Assembly (NCBI GenBank): GCA_025351485.1
Contig: JANXVU010000089.1
Span: forward strand, 6,513 to 70,512
DNA from: Candidatus Eiseniibacteriota bacterium
Lineage (GTDB): Bacteria > Eisenbacteria > RBG-16-71-46 > JACRLI01
DNA length: 64,000 nt
Reading direction: 5' to 3'
The notes under the pieces were generated by a model. It was given only the letters and a program-made list of their open reading frames with translations, was not told the origin of the DNA and searched no databases. Positions 43,305 to 51,901 of this stretch are shown piece after piece (position 1 is the first letter of the stretch; each line of letters begins with the position of its first letter). A program made the translations under genes and the position numbers.

Positions 43305-43754
43305 GTGCCGAAGCAGAAATTCATCGGCGCTCAGCACGAGCGAGAAGCGGATCTCACCATGGGGGTGGAGATCCTCGACACGAACAAGACCCTTTTCGTC
43401 GCGGCCATGAATGAGCAGGCCGGAGACAACCCCGAGCCGATCCAGTGCCGGACCATGGGCGAGGTGTTCGACACCTTCAAGCCCAAGGTCGAGATCACCG
43501 TGGAAGGCGAGGACGGAGCCAACTCGGACGCCGAGATCAAGTTCAACCGTGTGGGCGACTTCCTGCCGGAATCCGTCATCGAGCAGTCCCCGGAACTTCG
43601 CGCGCAGCACACCGAGCTCCTGCTGCTCAAGGACCTCATGAACCAGCTGCGCAACAACAAGAGCCTGCGCAAGGCGGTGGACTCTCCCGACCGGGAAGTT
43701 CTCATCAAGGGTATCCAGGCGGCGCGCGCGGCCATCGGCGTGAAGGAGAGCTAG
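43305..43754 (+). CDS. tssB: T6SS contractile sheath small subunit TssB (VipA-like)
   Basis: About 150 aa, GGAGGAG RBS + GTG. Sits immediately upstream of the large sheath subunit. Sequence features are typical of TssB (…KQKFIGAQ…EREADLTMGVEILD…). Confidence 0.75.
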   Translation: MPKQKFIGAQHEREADLTMGVEILDTNKTLFVAAMNEQAGDNPEPIQCRTMGEVFDTFKPKVEITVEGEDGANSDAEIKFNRVGDFLPESVIEQSPELRAQHTELLLLKDLMNQLRNNKSLRKAVDSPDREVLIKGIQAARAAIGVKES

Positions 43755-43757
43755 TCC

Positions 43758-45179
43758 ATGGCAAACGAACAGGAACGCGCGCAAGAGCAGGCCGGAGCGG
43801 CCTACGCGGAACCGGCCAAGCCGGAAGACTTCACCTCGCAGCTCGCGGAGCTCAACGCTCCCAAGGCGGCGGGCAAGGCCGACGCCGCCATCGCGTGGCT
43901 GGGCAAGGCCATGCCGAGCGCTTCGGTGGAGGGCGCCAAGCTTCCGCCCATCGATCTGCTGGACCCGACCAAGAAGAAGCAGTACGAGGACCTGGTCAGG
44001 AACAAGAACTTTTCCGAGACCAAGGACCTGCTCGCCAAGCGGCTGAACGTCTGGAACGGCGCGCTCACGTCCTCCGAGGACCTTGAGACCCTCATCGAGA
44101 ACACCCAGCAGCGGCTGGAGAAGCTCGAGGAGCTGCTGAACAAGAACCTCAAGAAGGCGTTCGAGGTGATCCGCCCGCTGGAGACCAACTACCGCGCCGT
44201 GGACGGGTTCTTCATGAACGCCGCCGTGGAGGCGGGCGACAAGGTCGAGGTGAGCTTCCTGAACGCCTCCGCCGAGCAACTCCTGAACCCCGACGACCGC
44301 TCCATCTTCGAGGAAGGCCTTGCCGGCGCCATCCAGACGCGTTTCCGCGACTGGACGCTGAAGGAGACCTACTCGAACCTGTGCGTGCCGGGCTGGGTCG
44401 GCACGGTCCAGAACATCGACCGGCTGGGAATCCTGGGATCGCAGAACAAGGTCCAGGTGTTCTCGGACGCCGAGAACTACGAGAGCTTCAAGCAGCTCCA
44501 GGACAACCTGGACCAGCGGGCGTTCGAAGGCCTGCGTGGCGCCGGCCTGGAAAAGCAGTACGTCTCCCTGTTCGGCAACTGGCTGCTCGGGCGCAAGAAG
44601 TACGACTGGGAAGAAGACGACCTGTGGCTGCCGCCGTCGGCGCTGATGACCGGCGTGGTCTACAAGACCGACGAGACCAAGGGCATCCAGGAGGCCGCGG
44701 CCGGTTACCGCAAGGGCAAGATCCAGGGCTCGACCGGCGTGCGTTTCCGCGTCGATCGTCCCACCGGCGGCAAGATGCTGTTCCAGTACGGAGTCAGCCC
44801 GGTGGTGGACTGGGACGGCTACCCGATCGCCATGGGCGACGCCAACCTCTCGAGCAAGGAAGGCGTGGACGCTTACCCGCGCATCCGGACCGAGGACTGG
44901 CTGCTCAAGAACGTGTGCCACTACCTGAACAAGCAGGCCTACCAGAACATCACCGACACGTTCCGTTCGGCGGTGAAGGCCGACCTGCACGACTTCCTTT
45001 CCAAGTGCACCGGCCCGGACAGCGAAGTGAAGAGCTTCGACATCCAGGTGCAGGCCACCCCGGAAATGGAAAAGCGGCACGAAGTGGACGTGGTGCTGAC
45101 GGTGAAGTTCCAGAACTCGGTGCGTTCGTTCAACGTGAAGGTCAAGGAGGCCGACGCCCAGGTCCAGCAGGGCGCTTAG
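43758..45179 (+). CDS. tssC: T6SS contractile sheath large subunit TssC (VipB-like)
   Basis: 473 aa with the typical TssC length and conserved C-terminal sheath-domain blocks (…GYPIAMGDANLS…, …DVVLTVKFQNSV…). The tssB-tssC pairing is T6SS-specific. Confidence 0.8.
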   Translation: MANEQERAQEQAGAAYAEPAKPEDFTSQLAELNAPKAAGKADAAIAWLGKAMPSASVEGAKLPPIDLLDPTKKKQYEDLVRNKNFSETKDLLAKRLNVWNGALTSSEDLETLIENTQQRLEKLEELLNKNLKKAFEVIRPLETNYRAVDGFFMNAAVEAGDKVEVSFLNASAEQLLNPDDRSIFEEGLAGAIQTRFRDWTLKETYSNLCVPGWVGTVQNIDRLGILGSQNKVQVFSDAENYESFKQLQDNLDQRAFEGLRGAGLEKQYVSLFGNWLLGRKKYDWEEDDLWLPPSALMTGVVYKTDETKGIQEAAAGYRKGKIQGSTGVRFRVDRPTGGKMLFQYGVSPVVDWDGYPIAMGDANLSSKEGVDAYPRIRTEDWLLKNVCHYLNKQAYQNITDTFRSAVKADLHDFLSKCTGPDSEVKSFDIQVQATPEMEKRHEVDVVLTVKFQNSVRSFNVKVKEADAQVQQGA

Positions 45180-45256
45180 CCGGATTTCCATCGAACGTCC
45201 TCGGGTCCGCGGGTTGCCGCGGGCCTTCAAGGCAACCGTAACTCCAGGGAGCAATC

Positions 45257-45655
45257 ATGGCGCAGGAACCCAAGCTCAAGGTGGATGGAACCGCGGTTCC
45301 CAACCTGCTCTCGGTCTCCTACGGCCTCCGGGCCGGCGTGGACCGTGACGGGCGTCCCACCCGCATGCTCATCTTCGACGGAATCACCATTCGCCGAATC
45401 GGCGATGCCAAGACGACCCTCGCCAACTGGGCGAAGGACCCCAAGGAAAAGAACCGCAAGAGCGGGGAGATCGAGTTCTTCGGGGACGCCGGCAAGGCCA
45501 TCAAGAAACTGACCTGGAAGAACGGGTTCGTGAAGCACTACGACCTCCGTTACAATCCCGAGGCTGACCATGTGGAAGAGACTGTCGTGATCCAGGCCGA
45601 AGAGATCAACTCCGGCGGGATGAAGATCGAATGCCACTGGGCCGACAAGCAATAG
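45257..45655 (+). CDS. hcp: Hcp-like inner tube protein (paralog 1)
   Basis: 132 aa, located between tssC and vgrG. Sequence is β-rich, similar in size to Hcp family members. Assignment rests mainly on size and synteny. Confidence 0.55.
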   Translation: MAQEPKLKVDGTAVPNLLSVSYGLRAGVDRDGRPTRMLIFDGITIRRIGDAKTTLANWAKDPKEKNRKSGEIEFFGDAGKAIKKLTWKNGFVKHYDLRYNPEADHVEETVVIQAEEINSGGMKIECHWADKQ

Positions 45656-45669
45656 CGGAGGAATAGAAC

Positions 45670-46089
45670 ATGCCGATTCGTCAAATCAAGGTGGAGATCG
45701 ACGGCAAGCACATTTCCAACGTGCTCGCCGTGGACTACGGCCTGGAAGTGAGCCACGACGCCGACGGCAGCCCGAGCGATGCCCGCCCGCGCCTTGCCCG
45801 CATCTGCGTCACCCGCAAGACCGATGATTCGACGCAGCTGGGGGACTGGGCCTGCAAGCCCTTCCGCGGCCACTTCAAGTCCGGCAAGATCAGCTTCTTC
45901 GCGCCGGACGAAGAGACCAAGGTGCAGTCCACCATGTCATGGACCGATGGGTTCGTGACCCTGTACCGCGAATGGGTGCCGGACGTGCAGACGCACCGCG
46001 GGGATCCGATGGTGGAGTACATCGAGATCTCGGCCCAGAAGATCAAGATCAACGATACGGAAGTGGACGCGGACACCTGGACCACCTAG
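45670..46089 (+). CDS. hcp: Hcp-like inner tube protein (paralog 2, divergent)
   Basis: 139 aa. Shares the N-terminal pattern (…I.V.IDG…VS..YGL…) with paralog 1. GGAGGA RBS. Confidence 0.5.
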   Translation: MPIRQIKVEIDGKHISNVLAVDYGLEVSHDADGSPSDARPRLARICVTRKTDDSTQLGDWACKPFRGHFKSGKISFFAPDEETKVQSTMSWTDGFVTLYREWVPDVQTHRGDPMVEYIEISAQKIKINDTEVDADTWTT

Positions 46090-46189
46090 CCGAGGTGGCC
46101 CACGGAGGCTGATCGCGGAGTCGTCCGATGGGGCGTGCGCTTGATCCGGCGCACGCCCCGTCCGATTTTTTGAGGCCGGGAGAAAAATC

Positions 46190-48151
46190 ATGTCAGCGCA
46201 TGCGGATATCGACGTCAAGATCGGCGGCAAGACCGCCGTCGACCTGGGAATCAAGCTCGGGCGGCTGGTGCTGAATGAAGCCCTCGGGGCGCACGCCACG
46301 TTCTCCCTGGAGTGCCACGCGCTGGACGAGGGCCAGGCCGTGCAGGTTTCGGGCAGCCAAGCCAAGCTGGACGACCTGTTCAAGCAGCTGGGCAAGGACC
46401 TGGAGATCACCGTCCTGTCGCCCGACCGAAACACCACCCGCCATTCGCTGCAGTTCGTCGGCCTGGTCACCGACGTGCACAGCCAGCGCCTGCGCGGGGG
46501 CGGCTATACGGTGTTCCTGGACGGCAAGAGCCACACCATCCTGATGGACATGGAAACCCACTACCGGTACGGCCCGCTGGACGACTCTGCCCGCCACCTG
46601 CGCACCTTCCTTGAAGTGATCACCGGCGAGTACGGAACCCTGTGCGCCCTGCAACTCAGCGCCAACCCGGTGGTGGACTACGGCATGCAGTCGGCCGAGA
46701 CCGATTTCAATTTCGTGAACCGCCTGGCTCAGCGCGAAAAGGCGTGGTGCTTCTACGACGGCGTGAAACTCCAGATCACCGACCAGCTCCCGTCCCAGGT
46801 GGTGGATCTGACCATGGGCCCGAACCAGGCCGAGGACGCCCTGGACGCATTCCGCATCCGCACCGCTCTGGCGGTGGGCTCCGTGGGCGTGGCCACCGAG
46901 GACTGGAAGACCGGAACGTTCATGGCGGTCAAGACCGACACCCTGGCGCTGCCGGCGGCCATCCACCCGTGGGCGCAGCAGACCCGCTCGGTGTACGAGG
47001 CCAAGAAGACCCACATCCAGGCCGAGTTCGCCGAGCGGCACATGGCCAGCCAGAGCGAGCTCGAGGGATACCTCACCGCCCGCAAGGCCGCGTGGGCCAG
47101 TCACCTGGTCCAGGTCGAGGGCAACTCGTCCAACGCCGACGTGCGGATCGCGCGCAAGGTCAACCTGACCGCCCTGGGCGTGGGCCAGGCCTCCAAGTAC
47201 GTGGTCTCGAGCGTGTCCCACACCATGGACATCTTCCGGGGCACCTACGAGAACCACTTCGAGGCGTTCCCCGAGGAGGGCGCGACCCCGCGCCAGTCCC
47301 ATCACCGCGAGCAGGCGCTGGAACTGTGCGAAGCCCGGGTGATGACCCAGGGCGACGACGACCACGTGGGCCAGGTGCAGGTGCAGTTCTTCGGCGCCGG
47401 CCAGCGCGGCCAGATGTGGGCCCGGGTGGCCCAGCCCATCGCGGGCAAGGGCGCGGGCATGTTCGTGATCCCCGAGACCGGCGACAGCGTGATGGTCTCG
47501 TTCCTGGACGGCGATCCCAGCCGGCCCGTGGTGGTGGGCAGCGTCTATCGCGGCCAGGCCGCGGGCAAGCCCAAGACCTGGGACGACGTGGACAACGTCG
47601 CCAAGAACACCAAGAAGATCTGGCACACCCGCAGCGGCCACAAGATCGTGTTCGAGGACGACCCGGACGGCAGCAAGACCGACGGGACCATCCTGATCAT
47701 CACCGGCGACGGCAAGAACGAGATCAAGCTCACCGGCAAGGGCGGAACCGAAAAGATCGAGATCCGCACCAAGGGCAACATCGCGATCGGCGCCGACGGT
47801 TCGATCAGCATGAGCGCCGGGGGTGATATCCACCTGGAAGCCGGCGGCGAAATCGGGCTCAAGTCCAAGAAGAAGACCACCGTGGACGCGACCGAGGACG
47901 CGATCGTGAAGTCCAAGAAGAACATCACCTTGAGTGCGACCGAGGACGGCAAGTTCGAGGCCACCAAGAACCTGGAGCTTTCGGCCACGCTGAAGCTGGC
48001 TGCTTCGGGAAAGACGGGCGCCAAGGTGTCCACGCCCGCGCAGCTGGAGGTTTCGGGAACGGCGTCGGCCAAGCTCTCCGGCGGGACCGGTTCGGTCACC
48101 TGCGATCCGGCCGGAGTGACGGCCATGGGCCCGATGATCAAGCTGAACTAG
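46190..48151 (+). CDS. vgrG: VgrG spike protein (gp27/gp5-like, with C-terminal β-helix repeats)
   Basis: Phage baseplate-V/gp5 OB-fold signature (…VIPETGDSVMVSFLDGDPSRPVVVGSVY…). N-terminal gp27-like region. C-terminal repetitive β-helix (…KIEIRTKGNIAIGADGSISMSAGGDIHLEAGGEIGLKSKK…). Confidence 0.85.
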   Translation: MSAHADIDVKIGGKTAVDLGIKLGRLVLNEALGAHATFSLECHALDEGQAVQVSGSQAKLDDLFKQLGKDLEITVLSPDRNTTRHSLQFVGLVTDVHSQRLRGGGYTVFLDGKSHTILMDMETHYRYGPLDDSARHLRTFLEVITGEYGTLCALQLSANPVVDYGMQSAETDFNFVNRLAQREKAWCFYDGVKLQITDQLPSQVVDLTMGPNQAEDALDAFRIRTALAVGSVGVATEDWKTGTFMAVKTDTLALPAAIHPWAQQTRSVYEAKKTHIQAEFAERHMASQSELEGYLTARKAAWASHLVQVEGNSSNADVRIARKVNLTALGVGQASKYVVSSVSHTMDIFRGTYENHFEAFPEEGATPRQSHHREQALELCEARVMTQGDDDHVGQVQVQFFGAGQRGQMWARVAQPIAGKGAGMFVIPETGDSVMVSFLDGDPSRPVVVGSVYRGQAAGKPKTWDDVDNVAKNTKKIWHTRSGHKIVFEDDPDGSKTDGTILIITGDGKNEIKLTGKGGTEKIEIRTKGNIAIGADGSISMSAGGDIHLEAGGEIGLKSKKKTTVDATEDAIVKSKKNITLSATEDGKFEATKNLELSATLKLAASGKTGAKVSTPAQLEVSGTASAKLSGGTGSVTCDPAGVTAMGPMIKLN

Positions 48152-48170
48152 GCCGGGGTCCGCGAGTTCG

Positions 48171-49031
48171 ATGGCCCTTCCATTCCCGGTCCGGCGGTCC
48201 ATGTCCGGCGGCGCCGGCGGTTCGGCGCTGCCGCCCCTGCGTCTGCCCTTCACCATCGTGAGCACCGCCTCCAGCGGGCGCGCGCCCGCCGCGGGCCGGC
48301 GCAGCTGGGGCAACCGGCTGGGGCTCTGGTGGACCGATGCCGAGGAGGGCGAACCGGGCGTGGTGGTGACCGGCCTGCTGCCGCACGGGCCCGCATCCGC
48401 GGGCGGCGCGGTCAAGGTTGGCGACCTGGTGGTGGAAGTGGAAGGGGCGCGCGTCACGACCCTGGGAGACATCACCCGTTTTCTGGAAAACCAGGGCCCC
48501 GGACCGCTCCGCATGACCGTCAAGCGCGGCCCGCACGAGGAGCACACGGTGGTGCTGGACGTCCCGCCCGAGCCCGGAGAGGCCGCCGCGTCTGCCGCGG
48601 GGCCCGCCGGGGGCTACTCGGCCCGTGTTCCCACGACCGACCTCCTCGACTCGCTCAAGCGCAACATCGAGTGGATCCTGGGCAACCCGGTGCAGAGCGA
48701 GATCACCCACCCGGGAGTCTCCGCCGATCCCGAATTTGGCTGCCTGGGGGCGGACCTTGAATTCAGCCTGCGCACGGTGGGCCTGTCGGAAATCCGAAAC
48801 GCCATCGTGCAGTGCGAGCCCCGGCTCAAGGAAGTGGAAGTGGAGTCGGCCGAGTTCGAGGTGCGCGAAGAGGGCGAGGTCTCGCTCAAGCCGGGGATCC
48901 GCGTTCACGCCCTGATGTCCGGCACCGGGGAAAAGATCAAGATCGAATTGGAAGTCGCGGGCCTGGCCCGGGCGCGGTTCACCAACCGCCGCCGCACATC
49001 GGTGGAAGACGCGGGACTGGAGGGGCGGTAG
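48171..49031 (+). CDS. tssE: PDZ domain fused to gp25-like baseplate wedge protein (TssE-like)
   Basis: The N-terminal about 140 aa contain a PDZ-like fold (…GVVVTGLLPHGPASAGGAVKVGDLVVEVEGARVTTLGDI…). The C-terminal about 130 aa match the GPW/gp25 family (…LLDSLKRNIEWILGNPVQSEI…AIVQCEPRL…). High GC3 across both parts. Confidence 0.6.
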   Translation: MALPFPVRRSMSGGAGGSALPPLRLPFTIVSTASSGRAPAAGRRSWGNRLGLWWTDAEEGEPGVVVTGLLPHGPASAGGAVKVGDLVVEVEGARVTTLGDITRFLENQGPGPLRMTVKRGPHEEHTVVLDVPPEPGEAAASAAGPAGGYSARVPTTDLLDSLKRNIEWILGNPVQSEITHPGVSADPEFGCLGADLEFSLRTVGLSEIRNAIVQCEPRLKEVEVESAEFEVREEGEVSLKPGIRVHALMSGTGEKIKIELEVAGLARARFTNRRRTSVEDAGLEGR

Positions 49032-50759
49032 ATGGCGAGTGGATCCATGAGCCGAGGATGGGGCTGGCTCAAGCCCGAGGAGCGCGACTTTGAGGCCGTG
49101 CTCCGGCGGCTGCACAAGGAAGCCTCCGAATCCATCCCCGGCCTTTCGCCCGACCCCAAGCAGGCCGACCCGGTGATCGTGATGCTCCTGCGCGCGTTCG
49201 CGCGCGAATACGTGGAGCTCTACCATCTGCTGGACGACTCGGTGGGCATGGCCTACCGAACCCTGGTTTCCCGCCTGGTGGCGTTCCCGCACGCTCCCGA
49301 GCCCGCCACCACCGCCCTGCAGCTGGTGGTGAAGGACGCCGGCGCCAAGGTGCCGATCGACTTCGAGGCCATCTCCTCCCAGCCCGTGATCCTGGCAGGC
49401 AGGCGCAGCGTGCAGGCCCACTTTTCGCCCTACGACGAGGGCGTGGTGTCCAGCTTCGAAGCGGGACCGGTGGCGCTGGTGGAGCCTTCGGGCGTGGCCT
49501 GGCGGATGAGCCTGAACCCCAATGAGACTTCCGCGGGCCGCTGGCAGGCGCCGCCTCGCAACTACGCTTCGCTGTTCCTGGCCCTGGATTCACCCTCGCC
49601 CTCGGCCACCGACCCGGTCACGGTGTTCGTGCACGGGGGCGACCGCGCGGTGCAGCAGTGCCTGTGGTCGCGCTGGGTGATTCCGGCCTCCCAGGGGGGG
49701 CCGGCCATCCGGATCCACGACAACGTGCCGGAGCCGTTCGTGCCGGGGAAGGTGTTCTACGAGGGCGCCCCGTTCGAGCCCCCGATGTTCACCTTCCGCA
49801 GCGACGCGCGGCGCATCCGCAGCCCCTACGAGCCGCAGTTCGTGAAGGTCGGCGGCGAGGCGCTGCTCTCCCAGGCGTGCCCGTTCCCCAGGGAACTGGG
49901 GTCCCCGGGAGTGGCGCTTTCGCAGCCCCACGGCACGCGCCACTGGGTGCGGGTCGACCTGCCGCCCGACGTGGACCTGACGGCGCTGCGGCAGGTGCGC
50001 TTCGCCACCAATGCCGTGCTGGCCGCCAACCGCGAGCTGCGCACCTCGGGCGCGATCAACGTGGACGCCACACCCATCCACACCTGGCTCTTCCCCGAGA
50101 CCGTCGATTTCGATTCGCTGCTGCGCCTGGAACGGGTGATCGACCTGAAGTCGGGGCACCTGTACCAGTCGTCGGACTCGCACGAAGGCCTGGAGTCCCC
50201 GCGCGCCTACCGCCTGGTGGAGTGGCTGGACGGCGAGCGGCGGGCGCTCAAGGTGGAATTGCTGAACCGCGAGGACACTCCGCGGGCGAGCCAGGTGGAA
50301 ATCGTGTACTCGCTCACGCTGGGCACGGCCGCCAACGGGCTGGAGCCGGGCACGATCAGCCAGGTGTTCACGCCGCCCCAGGTGTTTCCGGGTCTCCTGT
50401 CCGTCAATAACCTGGTCCCGGCGATCGGCGGACGCCCGGCGCGCACCGCGGACCTGCAGGAAGACGAACTCCGCGCCGCGCTGCGCCACCGCGGCCGCAC
50501 GGTGGTCGCGAGCGACTACCTGGAGTCCGCGCGCGCGTTCGATCCGGATCGCGTCACGTCCGTTTCCCTGGGCCGGGGCGTGGCCCGTGGCCCGCGGGGG
50601 CTCCGCAGCACGGTGCGCCTGGACGTGGAGCTGAACGCCGCGGCGTTCGTAAGCGCCATGGAGCGCGAGTCGTTCCGTCTGCGCCTCGAAGGCTACCTGC
50701 AAGACCGGTCTGCGATGGGCGAGTGCGTCGAGGTGCGGCTGGCCGGAGGGCCCGCTTGA
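49032..50759 (+). CDS. tssF: Baseplate protein TssF-like (gp6-like)
   Basis: 575 aa. The N-terminal block (…DPVIVMLLRAFAREYVELYHLLDDS…) fits the TssF N-terminal consensus. Position after tssE. Confidence 0.6.
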   Translation: MASGSMSRGWGWLKPEERDFEAVLRRLHKEASESIPGLSPDPKQADPVIVMLLRAFAREYVELYHLLDDSVGMAYRTLVSRLVAFPHAPEPATTALQLVVKDAGAKVPIDFEAISSQPVILAGRRSVQAHFSPYDEGVVSSFEAGPVALVEPSGVAWRMSLNPNETSAGRWQAPPRNYASLFLALDSPSPSATDPVTVFVHGGDRAVQQCLWSRWVIPASQGGPAIRIHDNVPEPFVPGKVFYEGAPFEPPMFTFRSDARRIRSPYEPQFVKVGGEALLSQACPFPRELGSPGVALSQPHGTRHWVRVDLPPDVDLTALRQVRFATNAVLAANRELRTSGAINVDATPIHTWLFPETVDFDSLLRLERVIDLKSGHLYQSSDSHEGLESPRAYRLVEWLDGERRALKVELLNREDTPRASQVEIVYSLTLGTAANGLEPGTISQVFTPPQVFPGLLSVNNLVPAIGGRPARTADLQEDELRAALRHRGRTVVASDYLESARAFDPDRVTSVSLGRGVARGPRGLRSTVRLDVELNAAAFVSAMERESFRLRLEGYLQDRSAMGECVEVRLAGGPA

Positions 50760-51787
50760 CCGCCGCCCTTCAACTGATCATGCCGGACCTGCTGGCCGAG
50801 CGGCCGGGGGATGCGGTGGAGAGTGCGATCCTGTCCCTGGTGGAGATGGGCGCAGACCGCCAGCAGATCGAACTCATCCCGGTGGGCATCTTTCGCCGCT
50901 ACCGCGGCCAGCTGCTGGGCTTCTACCCCGCGCTGGGCGTCGAGGTCCGGCAGGGCGACACCATCCGCCTCTACGTGGCCGAGCGGGGCCTGGCCGACCG
51001 GCTGCCCGAGGGGCTGCTCGCCCCGCTCCCCGACGAGGGCCGGCCCGAAAGCGTGTTCGACACCCAGAACGGCGGGATCATTCCTCCGACCGGGTGGGAG
51101 GCGCCTCCGGATGGGGCGCCGGGGCAGGGCTACGACCCGGAGGAACTGTTCCACCGCCAGCTGGACGGCGGCCGCAAGCTGCTTCGCCTGCTGGACCGGG
51201 CGCTGCGACGGGCCCGCCGGGACGTGATCTTGCAGCGGCAGTCGCTGAAGTTCCTGGTCAATGATCCTCGATTTGCCCGGAACCTCCTGGGCCTCCTGCA
51301 CCTGGAGGCGCTGGATTCGGGGGATGCGGCGGCCGTTTATGCAGCGGCCTCGCTGGCGGGCTTCCAGGACGCCGTGGGCACGCTGGAAGAGGCTGCCGCC
51401 TTCCTGGCCCAGCTGTTCCAGGTGGAGGTGCGGGCCGAGGAGGCCCGCGCGGGAATGCTGCCCATTCCCAAGCCGCTGCACATGAAGCTCGGCGGCCCCA
51501 ATGCCCGGCTGGGGCAGGGCAGCGTGCCGGGACGGAACTTCCGCGACCCCCGGCCGGCGGTCAAGCTGCTCGTGGGCCCCATGGGCGCCGAAAATGCCGC
51601 GCGCCGCTACCGGGACGAGTGGGCCCGGCGCTCGTTCGAAAACGCGGCCGCTGCCATGGTGCCGGCTTCCCGACCTTTCAAGGTGATCTATGACGTGGTC
51701 CGGGAGGAGCGCAAGGCGCGCCCCGGGCTTCTGCCGCACGCGCTGCTGGGGCAGACGATGTACCTGGGACGCCCCCGAACCGCCTGA
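50756..51787 (+). CDS. tssG: Baseplate protein TssG-like
   Basis: About 340 aa, translationally coupled to tssF (candidate TTG overlapping TGA). Assignment rests on size and synteny; sequence is weakly diagnostic. Confidence 0.45.
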   Translation: MTAALQLIMPDLLAERPGDAVESAILSLVEMGADRQQIELIPVGIFRRYRGQLLGFYPALGVEVRQGDTIRLYVAERGLADRLPEGLLAPLPDEGRPESVFDTQNGGIIPPTGWEAPPDGAPGQGYDPEELFHRQLDGGRKLLRLLDRALRRARRDVILQRQSLKFLVNDPRFARNLLGLLHLEALDSGDAAAVYAAASLAGFQDAVGTLEEAAAFLAQLFQVEVRAEEARAGMLPIPKPLHMKLGGPNARLGQGSVPGRNFRDPRPAVKLLVGPMGAENAARRYRDEWARRSFENAAAAMVPASRPFKVIYDVVREERKARPGLLPHALLGQTMYLGRPRTA

Positions 51788-51901
51788 CCGGACGCGCGGG
51801 GCACGAGTCCTGCACAACCGCCGGACGGTGTGGTAGAGTCCTGCTGGAATTGATCTTTCCCCGCCCGGCGGGGACCTAACCCAACGGAGAAATTGAGGCC
51901 C

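Noticed and set aside
43251-45254. 667-aa minus-strand ORF opposite tssB/tssC
   Set aside because: Antisense artefact. Translation is low-complexity (L/V/G/R-rich). tssBC are supported by synteny and RBSs.
46193-48547. 784-aa minus-strand ORF opposite vgrG
   Set aside because: Antisense artefact. The plus strand has the diagnostic gp5 OB-fold motif.
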